Shown: positions 50,171-60,400 of the stretch, piece after piece
Numbering within the stretch: position 1 is the stretch's first letter
How the letters are laid out: each line of letters opens with the position of its first letter
From: Octopus bimaculoides
Lineage: Eukaryota
NCBI RefSeq assembly: GCF_001194135.2
Contig: NC_068986.1
Span: forward strand, 105,825,730 to 105,889,675
Length of the DNA: 63,946 nt
Direction: 5' to 3'
The notes under the pieces: generated by a model
Databases searched by the model: none
What the model was told of the DNA's origin: nothing
Seen by the model: the letters and a program-made list of their open reading frames with translations, nothing else
Program-made: the position numbers and the translations under genes

Positions 50171-51299
50171 GCAGCTTACATATATTTATTTGTTTGCCTG
50201 ACAGGTAGTTAGAAACAGTGGTACTTGTGATAGTGAAAGCTTTTTTTGGCAGTGACAAAAAGGTTGCTGTCTGCCAGTAGAGAGGGAAAGAGTAAGTTTT
50301 GATCGACTAAACTCTTCATGACTGTGGCCCACCATGGTGACTGCAGTCTTATAACTTTTTACAACAAATTTTCTTTAAAAAAACATCTTTAAATGACGGT
50401 CTGACCGTCTGCCAAGTAAATGGGAAGCAGTAATTGAAGTAGATGGTGAATATGCTCCAGAATAATCATTTAAAGATGTTTTTGATACATATTATAGTTT
50501 TTGTTGAATAAAATTTGTTGAAAAAAGCCGCAATAATTATGCACCAACCCAATATGTATATTAGTCTGACAGTCTGTTAAAGTCTGTCATACCGGCCATG
50601 ATGAAATACCACAAGGTATAGAAAATACGTATTCGCCTTTATATTGAACACTCAATATTTCATCTATTCAATAAGACATTCAATACTTTATTTCATTGTA
50701 CCATCCATTTTTATTTTATATTGTATATTATATTATATATTGTATATTCCATATTCTATATCCCACATTGGTTTTGCAGGAATATAAATAAAACATAAAA
50801 AAACAGACAGTGTTGGAACTCTTTTAAACAAAATAATATATTCCTCTATACACAATCATACAAAACCCCTTTTTTTGTATTTATTTTTACTCGCATATAT
50901 ATATATATATACATATATCGGCAGCAGCGTTTAATCGTGTGCCCGATAATTTATTTGGTTTCTTCTTGACCACTTCTTCCCCTCTGTCCTTATTTATGCC
51001 TCTGATGACTAATGAGGCCGATTGTTGCATGGAAGCATCTCTTGCAAAGTTCACAGGGGATCCGTGGTGGAGGCTTTGGTTGTTGCAGCCTCCATTTTCT
51101 TTCTTGTCGTTTCTCTTCCTCTGTCATTCAGCTTCAAAATGATTTATCACAATGGGGTTGGAATGATGCCAGCTTGGCCTGTCCTGATCTTCAATGTCCT
51201 AGGCTTTGGGATCAATTCCAGCCAGTTTTAGGCTTTGCTTCAGATGATCCTTGTATATATATATGTATATATATGGGAGAATATACAAATAATAACAAC

Positions 51300-51822
51300 A
51301 GACGAGAGAGAAAAGCTGAACATTAGAAGCATCAGTTGTGGCGTGCAAGAGAGACGATTGCGCTGGTATGGACATGTGGTGAGAATGGAGGAGGATAGCT
51401 GCGTGAAAAAGTGCCACACCCTAACAGTTGAGGGAACCCGTGGAAGAGGTAGGCCCAGGAAGACCTGGGCTGAGGTGGTGAGGCAAGACCTTCGTACATT
51501 GGGCCTCACCGAGGCGATGACTACGGACCGAGACCTTTGGAAATGGGCTGTGCGTGAGAAGANNNNNNNNNNNNNNNNNNNNNNNNNNNNNNNNNNNNNN
51601 NNNNNNNNNNNNNNNNNNNNNNNNNNNNNNNNNNNNNNNNNNNNNNNNNNNNNNNNNNNNNNNNNNNNNNNGTTGGCGTTAGGAAGGGCATCCAGCTGTA
51701 GAAACTCTGCCAAATCAGACTGGAGCCTGGTGTTGCCATCCGGTTTCACCAGTCCTCAGTCAAATCGTCCAACCCATGCTAGCATGGAAAGCGGACGTTA
51801 AACGATGATGATGATGATGAGG
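51300..51822 (+). mobile_element. RTE LINE 3' end (young-looking copy, spans an N gap)
   Basis: REKLNIRSISCGVQERRLRWYGHVVRMEEDSCVKKCHTLTVEGTRGRGRPRKTWAEVV, then the 3' UTR and (GAT)n. Confidence 0.9.
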
Positions 51823-51879
51823 ACAGGTGGTGTGAATAACAAAAGTATATATTAGTATGACGCTCGGGAATACGGAAAG

Positions 51880-51916
51880 TCTTTGACGTTTCGAGCTACG
51901 CTCTTCAACAGAAAGA
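51880..51916 (-). ncRNA. Minimal type I hammerhead ribozyme-like motif, family 2, near intact
   Basis: UCUUU-CUGUUGA-A-GAGC(GUA)GCUC-GAAAC-GUC-AAAGA: perfect helices I and II and a GUC triplet; the only core deviation is U at position 6. Confidence 0.6.
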
Positions 51917-52019
51917 ATACGGAGACAAGGAGAAAAACACGGAGAAAAAAAATTGAATAGTGTTCAGTCAACGGTCAATCATGTTATGATTGACCATTAT
52001 CGGCCATTATTATGATTGG

Positions 52020-52285
52020 CAAGGGATGGTGGCGAACTCTGCTGTACTCTTTCACCACAACTTTCTCTCACTCTTACTTCCTGTTTCTGTTGTACCTGCA
52101 TTTCAAAAAAGAACCAGGCTTGTCACACAATGTGTCATGCTGAATCTCCCCAAGAACTATATTAAGGGTACACGTGTCTGTGGAGTACTCAGCCACTTAC
52201 ATGTTAATTTCATGAGCAGGCTGTTCCATCGATTGAATCAACTGGAACCCCCGTCGTCATAACTGACTGAGTGCCACAACAACGA
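52020..52285 (+). mobile_element. SINE family C, 5'-truncated
   Basis: Matches the body of 37797-38171. Confidence 0.8.
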
Positions 52286-52606
52286 TACAGACACAAACAC
52301 ACACATTATATGATAGGCTTCCATATAGTTTCTGTTTACCATATTCACCCACAGAAGGAAATACTTGCTCAAGGTGCAGAACAGTAAGACTGAACTTGAA
52401 AACATGTGGTTGCAAGGCAAGCTTCTTAGCCACACAGCCATGCTTGCATCGAAACTAACTTTCTTTTTTTTTTTTTACAGATTATCCCATGTTCAACATC
52501 TGAATATAATGTAATTAATATATCAGAGATACCAACATAATCTGGAGATAATCTTTCATTTTTCAACGAGATTTTACCATTATTGTTTACAAAAGCACTT
52601 TAGAAA

Positions 52607-53014
52607 ATGACTTCAAATGAATATGACTTTTTCCTACATTTTTCAAAGGAAGATTATGAAACAGCAGAGGAAGTACTACACATTTTAGAACAAGAATATC
52701 CGCATAGAAAGTTGAAAGGCTATATTTGTGACCGAGATTTTGACTGTATTGGCAGCAAATTCGAATTAGATGAGGTAATAAAAGACATAGATATCATCTT
52801 TGTTATTTTCTCACAAAATTCTGAAAGAGATAAAGAATTTATGTATATGAATAGTCTAATAATGAAAATTCATTTAGAAAATGAAGAGACAAAAAAAACA
52901 ATACCTATCTATATTGATGAAGATGTAGTAGACAAATGTATTTTCAAAACTCTGCAAGGAATTAATTATAACAGTAAGAACTTTTTGTCAAAAATGAAAA
53001 CGATCTTTCGTTAA
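52607..53014 (+). CDS. TIR-domain-only protein, 135 aa, single coding exon
   Basis: Box1-like YDFFLHFS, box2-like ICDRDFD-IGS, beta-C IFVIFSQNS, beta-D TIPIYID and box3-like NFLSKMK. An in-frame TAG sits two codons before the ATG. An upstream branch point CTAAC (52455), T-tract and acceptor (ends 52480) indicate a spliced 5' UTR. Confidence 0.85.
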   Translation: MTSNEYDFFLHFSKEDYETAEEVLHILEQEYPHRKLKGYICDRDFDCIGSKFELDEVIKDIDIIFVIFSQNSERDKEFMYMNSLIMKIHLENEETKKTIPIYIDEDVVDKCIFKTLQGINYNSKNFLSKMKTIFR

Positions 53015-53142
53015 AATCATGCATTTTAATGTTTTTTATTTGTGACTTTCAGCATTCAGATGGCTCTGGAAATGTGAAATGTGAAATTCGTAAATCTCTA
53101 ACGAACAAAACAAGTCAAGAGATAATATTGGTGTTAGGTGGA

Positions 53143-53610
53143 AGGCGGCGAGCTGGCAGAGTGGTTAGCACGCCGGGCGAAATGCTTAGCGGTATTTCGT
53201 CTGCCGTTACGTTCTGAGTTCAAATTCCGCCAAGGTCGACTTTGCCTTTCATCCTTTTGGGGGTCGATTAAATAAGTACCAGTTACGCACTGGAGTTGAT
53301 ATAATCGACTTAATCCCTTTGCCTGTCCTTGTTTGTCCCCTCTGTGTGTAGCCCCTTGTGGGCAGTAAAGAAATAAGAAACTATGAGGGCGGTGAGCTGG
53401 TAAAATCATTAGCACACTGGGCAAAATGCTTGGCAATATTTCGTCTGCTGCTACATTCTGAGTTCAAATTCTGCCGAAGCTGATTTTGCTTTTCATTCTT
53501 TCGGGGTTAATAAATTAAGTATCAGTTACGCACTGGGGTCGATATAATCGACTTAATCCCTTTGTCCCCTCTGTGTGTAGCTCCTTGTGGGCAGTAAAGA
53601 AATAAGAAAC
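53143..53610 (+). mobile_element. SINE family A, two tandem copies
   Basis: Two complete head-to-tail units. Confidence 0.88.
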
Positions 53611-54374
53611 TCAAGTTACAAAGTAAGAAACCAGTATATTCTACATATATATATATATATATATANNNNNNNNNNNNNNNNNNNNNNNNNNNNNNNNNNN
53701 NNNNNNNNNNNNNNNNNNNNNNNNNNNNNNNNNNNNNNNNNNNNNNNNNNNNNNNNNNNNNNNNNNNNNNNNNNNNNNNNNNNNNNNNNNNNNNNNNNNN
53801 NNNNNNNNNNNNNNNNNNNNNNNNNNNNNNNNNNNNNNNNNNNNNNNNNNNNNNNNNNNNNNNNNNNNNNNNNNNNNNNNNNNNNNNNNNNNNNNNNNNN
53901 NNNNNNNNNNNNNNNNNNNNNNNNNNNNNNNNNNNNNNNNNNNNNNNNNNNNNNNNNNNNNNNNNNNNNNNNNNNNNNNNNNNNNNNNNNNNNNNNNNNN
54001 NNNNNNNNNNNNNNNNNNNNNNNNNNNNNNNNNNNNNNNNNNNNNNNNNNNNNNNNNNNNNNNNNNNNNNNNNNNNNNNNNNNNNNNNNNNNNNNNNNNN
54101 NNNNNNNNNNNNNNNNNNNNNNNNNNNNNNNNNNNNNNNNNNNNNNNNNNNNNNNNNNNNNNNNNNNNNNNNNNNNNNNNNNNNNNNNNNNNNNNNNNNN
54201 NNNNNNNNNNNNNNNNNNNNNNNNNNNNNNGTTTATTGCTCTGTGCTTGGTCTCCTGGTTTAAATAAACTCAGCTTCACTGAGTGGACAAAACCTTCCAC
54301 AAATATCAAAACATTGACAGATCTCAGATTTTTCTCATCAGTCAAGCAGCTGAAGACAGCAATGCTAATGTTGC

Positions 54375-54461
54375 TTACATGCACTGCAGAGGTTGGACAC
54401 CAATCAGTCTGAGCCCACTTGAAAGGATCTGTTGGGCTGAATGAAACAGCAGAAGACGTGC
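54375..54461 (-). CDS. RARS2: RARS2 terminal exon (ARLLLFHSAQQILSSGLRLIGVQPLQCM*)
   Basis: Long pyrimidine tract plus cag acceptor; typical ArgRS C-terminus; TAA. Confidence 0.95.
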   Translation of the reverse strand, partial: ARLLLFHSAQQILSSGLRLIGVQPLQCM

Positions 54462-57400
54462 CTGAAAGAAAAGGAAAAAAAAAATTATTAAGCTGGTGTT
54501 TGGAGGTAACTAGAATAATTAAGTTGGTATTTGGAGGTAACTAAAATAATTAAGCTGGTGTCTAGAGGTAACTAAAATAATTTGCTAGTGTTTGGAGGTA
54601 GCTAAAATAATTAAGCTGGTGTCTGGAGGTAACTAAAATAATTAAGTTATTATTTGGAGGTAACTAAAATAATTTGCTAGTGTTTGGAGGTAACTAGAAT
54701 AATTAAGCTGGTGTTTGGAGGTAACTAGAATAATTAAGTTGGTATTTGGAGGTAACTAAAATAATTAAGCTGGTGCCTAGGAGGTAACTAAAATAATTTG
54801 CTAGTGTTTGGAAGTAGCTAAAATAATTAAGCTGGTGTTTGGAGGTAACCGAAGAAAGCAGCACACAACTGGAGAACTTAGAGCTCTTTTGTTGTTATAT
54901 TTCTGTTGAAATATTCTAACTTTGTTTCAATAAATTTCAAAAATAATGAAGAATTTAGTAAAAAATGATTAACTCTTTTGATACCAGCTCACCAGAAATC
55001 ATCCTTGGTTCTATAAAACAAGCTTCCTGATCTAAATTTAAGCCTTCCATCAAAATTTCATATTATTTTCCAAATACCAGCTTAATAATGAGAAATTATT
55101 TTTAAAAACGTTTATCAATTTGTGTTGCAAGATTCCTTATATGAAACCGTGTATTGAAACATATTGTTGTATTTCAGGATGGTCATTTTTTTTCTTTTTG
55201 CCAAATAAACACATGCACTATATATTTGTTCTTCACTCATTTATAACTGTTCTTATTATTTTTTAAAAATTCATATCCTGTGCCTATGGGCGCAGGAGTG
55301 GCTGTGTGGTAAGTAGCTTGCTTCCCAATCACATGGTTCCAGGTTCATTCCCACTGCGTGGCACTTTGGGCAAGTGCCTTCTACTATAGCCTCGGGCCGA
55401 CCAAAGCCTTGTGAGTGGATTTAGTAGACGGAAACTGAAAGAAGCCTGTCGTATATATATATATGTATATCTGAATGTGTGTGTATATGTTTGTGTGTCT
55501 GTGTTTGTCCCCCCAGCATCGCTTGACAACCGATGGTGGTGTGTTTATGTCCCCATAACTTAGCGGTTCAGCAAAAGAGACTGATAGAATGAGTACTAGG
55601 CTTACAAAAAATAAGTCCTGGGGTCGATTTGCTCGACTAAAGGCGGTACTCCAGCATGACCGCAGTCAAATGACTGAAACAAGTAAAAGAGAAAAAGAGT
55701 ATCCATTGTCCGGAAATCTTTTGTCACACATCTGTGACCTCTTCAGCAACACTTTTCGTTTTCATGTGTGCTCTTGCTCCACTTATTCCATTTTTGTTTA
55801 AAATTCTTCATTATTTACAAAATTAACTGGAATAAATGTAGTGCATTTCAACAAAGATATGATACCAAAATGGCTGAAGTGATATTTGAAATATAAATCA
55901 ATGTGAAATTTTGATGGAAGTTTTTAATTTGGATCCCTTTAAAACAGGAATTTTCTATCTTGGAACCAAGGAACTGTCTCAGGAGAGTTGATGTTAAACG
56001 GTTAATTCTTTTATTTCTTTCAATCATTTGACTGTGGCCATGCTGGAACACTGCCTTTAGTCGAGCAAATCAACCCTAGGGCTTACTCTTTGCAAGCCTA
56101 GTACTTATTCTATTGGTCTCTTTTGCCGAACCGCGAAGTTACGGGGATGTAAACACACCAGCATCAGTTGTCAAGCGATGGTGGGGGGACAAACACAGAT
56201 ACACAAACACACACACACATACATATATATGATGGGCTTCTCTCAGTTTCCATCTACCAATCCACTCACAAAGCTTTGGTTGGACTGAGGCTATAGAAGA
56301 AGACACTTGCCCAAGGTGCCATGCAGTGGGACTGAACCCAGAACCATGTGGTTGGTAAGCAAGCTACTTACCACACAGCCACTCCTGCACCTATCACGAG
56401 AAAATGTAATAAGTCCTTTAAAATACTGACCTGGGCAATATCTTGTACTTGACCTTTGACGACTAATGAATGAAGTGATTGATTACTTAGGTGACTGAAA
56501 AAAACAAAACAAATGTTTAATGATGTAAAAAAATACCAAAAAATAAACGAAATTAAGCATAAACGAGTCAGTGTTATATCTAAGACACAGAGCATTATAA
56601 CATTAACTAGAAATAAAATAGAAAGCAGTACATCTCCAGCGTTAGAAGCTGTGCAAAGGCAATAATAATAATAATAATAATAATAATGATGATAATAATA
56701 ATAATAACCTTATTATCAAAAAATACCTTAGGAATGAGAACCCAGGTTCGAAATTTATTGAAGATACCTGATGAAGGCTGGAGAGTATATCAGCTGAAAC
56801 ATGTTAACAACAAACAAGATGAGAACAAATATCTGTCAATCAAATGTAAATAACATAAATAATTCCTCATCTCTTAAATATAGAAGTGTATAAAGAAGAG
56901 AGTAAATAAATAGTTTATTTATACTCACGCCAACTGGAAGAGGTATTGTACGACATGGAATGGCTCGAAGGAAAGAAACGAGTTTAATATGACTTCATCA
57001 TATCTAAAATAAATAATGAAATACATGAATGGAAGACATCATCATCATTTAACATCTGTTGTCCATGCTGGCATGGGTTGAACAGTTTGACCGGGGCTGG
57101 TAAGCTAGATGGCAGCACCAGACTCCAGTCTGATATGGCATGATTTTCTACAGCTGGATGCCCTTCCTAATGCCAACCACTTTGCAGAGTGTGCCGGATG
57201 TTTTACGTGACACTGCATGGACAGCTTTACATGGAACCACATGAATGTTTTTATGTGCCCCCACCCCTGGTGGTGCGGATTCACCTGTAAGACAGTTGCA
57301 CTAGTGCCATGTAAAAAGTGCTCATGCAGTGCCACATAAAAGCACCCATGAGGTGCCACATAAAAGTGCCCTGTGGTGCCACATAAAAGAACCTATGTGG

Positions 57401-60400
57401 TGCCACTTAAAAGCATTCATGTGGTACCACATAAAAGCGCCCATGTGATGCCACATAAAAGTACCTGTTTACGTAGAACCACATGGGCACTTTTATGTGG
57501 AGCTGCATGGCTGTTTTTATGTGGCACAACACTCTTGCAGGTGAATCCGCACCACCAGGGGGAGCAATCTTAACAGAGTACAGGTCTTCTTGAGTACAGC
57601 AATGCACCAAACATCTTCGTTCCGATATTATTCTCTCTTATATAGACACACACACACATTGGAAATGTAATGGACCCCCCCCCCCAAAAAAAAAAAACAA
57701 TACAGGAGGGACAAGTTTTAATAACTGTTGGATTACTTTACCATTCAACAGAAGGAAGAGAATGAGTTTTAACATTTTGGACATTAGTCCTTCATCAGAA
57801 AAAAGGCTTAGGAGGAGCAAGAAAGAAGAAATCTGGTTGAGAAGTGAAGAAAAACATTGACCAAGGGACTAGGAGCTCAGTAGCAATGCAGTTTTAAGGG
57901 GTAGGGGTTAAGAAAGGAGGAAGGGCATGTGTATGTGCATGTATAGTAGTGTAGCCATGGTTTGAAATGAATATATATATGAAACAAGTGGTTGTCAACC
58001 AGGGTCTGTGTAAGATTTTGTAGTTAAAATTTACGAGCATTAAATTGTTTATATTTGTACAACACATAAAATATTTCAACGATATTTTTATACAGTCCCT
58101 AATAATGTCTAATTATAGAAATATAATGGGACTTTTTAGACAGCAAATGTTTATGAGGGCCCACACGAGTAAAATGGAAACCAAAGGGATCCATAGGCAA
58201 AAAACGGTTGAGAAACACTGATTTAAACTTAAGGGAGTTGTCAGTTTTGTAAACTTTATAAATAAGTATTTTTCAGCAGGGCATTCTTTCATTTCATAAA
58301 ATGCTTATTTTTAACCGAGGCAATGACAAATGACCGAAACCATGGCGATATGCTGTGCTTGAGAAGACTTGTCAAGCCACCACTATGATTTCACAGGTGC
58401 TATTTGCATGACACTGGCAATGGTCACAGCTATGGTTTCACTTGGCTTGACAAGTCTTCTCAAGCACAGCATATCGCCGAGATCTTGGTCATTTGTCATC
58501 GCCTCGGTGAGGCCCAGCATTCAAAGATCATGCTTCACCACCTCATCCCTCAGCTCCATGACGCCCAAAATAAATAAATAAATAAAAACATAGAGTAAAC
58601 AAATCTTACCTTGAAATGTGGAGAACCAGTCGCAAGGCAGCTGGGTCCTTTAGTAAGGCTGCATCAACAGAATGGGTCAAAGGTATGGCACAGTTTTGCT
58701 TCAAGCTATTAAAAGGAAGGATTGTAAATGAATAGTTACCAAACACAACACAGTTATGTTTTAGACTGTTATGTGACTCATACCTCATAATGGAAATCAA
58801 GAATCATGAGTCAACTCAGACAGGTAGGTCTTAACTTTTCTATATGATTACCATACCGTTTTCCAATATACAAGGTTGGCCAAAATTCACCCGACAGTAA
58901 ATCAAAATTCCATAAATATTCAATATTCAATTTTATTCATTACAATAATGAATGTTTAATAATTGAATGCTGTGAGTTAGAATCACCGTTTTCTTTTTTA
59001 ACATTTGTCTATTTATTAGTGGAATCTCATATAAAATTCTTTGTTTTAATCTTGGAATGAAATGGGTTTTGATTTACTGTAAGGTGACTTTTGGCCAACA
59101 CTGTATATATTTACACATATATATTTATATGAGCCAAATAGCTTGAAACTGGGCCAGTCCTGCGATCCTGTTTGCTGCTGGAGGGTAGTAAGGGTTTGCT
59201 CTCCCTGTTAGTGATGTACTGTGTATAAAGGGTGCAGAGCTTGCACCGAAAACCAGCAGGTGGAGAATCCACCCAGGGTTAAACTAGTAATAACATTCAA
59301 CTGCCACTTAGATGTGGGTACTCACTATACTGTCTATGAATATATTCTTTTGCTTGTTTCAGTCATTTGACTGTGGCCATACTGGAGCACCGCCTTCAGT
59401 CGAACAAATCAACCCCAGGGCTTATTCTTTGTAAGCCTAGTACTTGTTCTATTGGTCACTTTTGCCGAACTGTTAAGTTACGGGGACGTAAACACAGGCA
59501 GCCACTACACATTCTTTATTTTCTATCCCTGTTTCTTTCTGTAGAAGAGCATAGGCTCAAAACATTAAAGACTTTTTCACTTTCCGAGCATTATACTAAT
59601 ACATCTGTTTGTTGTCTACACCACCTGTCTTCGTCTTTTGTTTTTTTTGTGAATTCTCCCATATATATATATATATATATAAAATATATATCATCATCAT
59701 TTGACGTCTGCTTTCCATGCTAGCATGGGTTGGACGATTTGACTGGGGACTGGTGAACCAGATGGCTATATGTATATATATATTCTTTTATTTGTTTCAG
59801 TCATTTGACTGCAGCCATGCTGGAGCACTGCCTTTAGTCGAGCAAATCGACCCCAGAGCTTATTCTTTGTAAGCCAAGTACTTATTTTATTGATCTCTTT
59901 TGCCAAACCGCTAAGTTACGGTAAGTCACCCAAAAACTGAACAAGCAACAAACCTACAAAGTCTTGCATGAGCATATTGTAAGAAAACTCCAGAATCGGC
60001 TTTGAAGTTGAGACATTTCTTCCAGCTGAATGTATAATCAAAGTTCCTTCTTTCTTTCAGGTCTTGTACAAGAATTGAACTGATGCCAAGTGTGTCTGCT
60101 ACAGCCATTTCATCAGCTACATCTTTTGATGCTATGAAAATAGAAAAACAAATATTGCCATTTTAAAGGAAATCTACTCCAAATGATAATAACAATAATA
60201 TATGAAGGCAGTGATAATCTAATCAACATGAATTACAACAGGATTCTTTTAGTTTCCATTTACAAGATCCACTTACAAGGTTTTGGTCAGCTCGGGGTTA
60301 TTTATAGCAGAAAACATTTGCCCAAGGTGCCATGTATTGGGACTGAACCTGAAATCATGTGGTTAGGAAGAATGCTTCCTAACCACTCAGCCACACCAGG

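Noticed and set aside
50598-50630. atgatgaaatacc-acaa-ggtatagaaa, and a similar ggtgca/tgcacc-gaaa stem near 59235-59260, as further hammerheads
   Set aside because: Core incomplete and no helix I pairing; too degenerate to support.
22189-54384. Long ORFs containing X runs (22189-22673, 28722-29181, 36073-36757, 45949-46561, 53587-54384)
   Set aside because: Open only because they span N gaps.
54489-57561. Regularly spaced short repeats (31-mers at 54489-54849, 23-mers at 57300-57530, ~60-mers in LINE UTRs) that superficially resemble CRISPR arrays
   Set aside because: No unique spacers, no cas genes, and a eukaryotic intronic context; these are tandem repeats.
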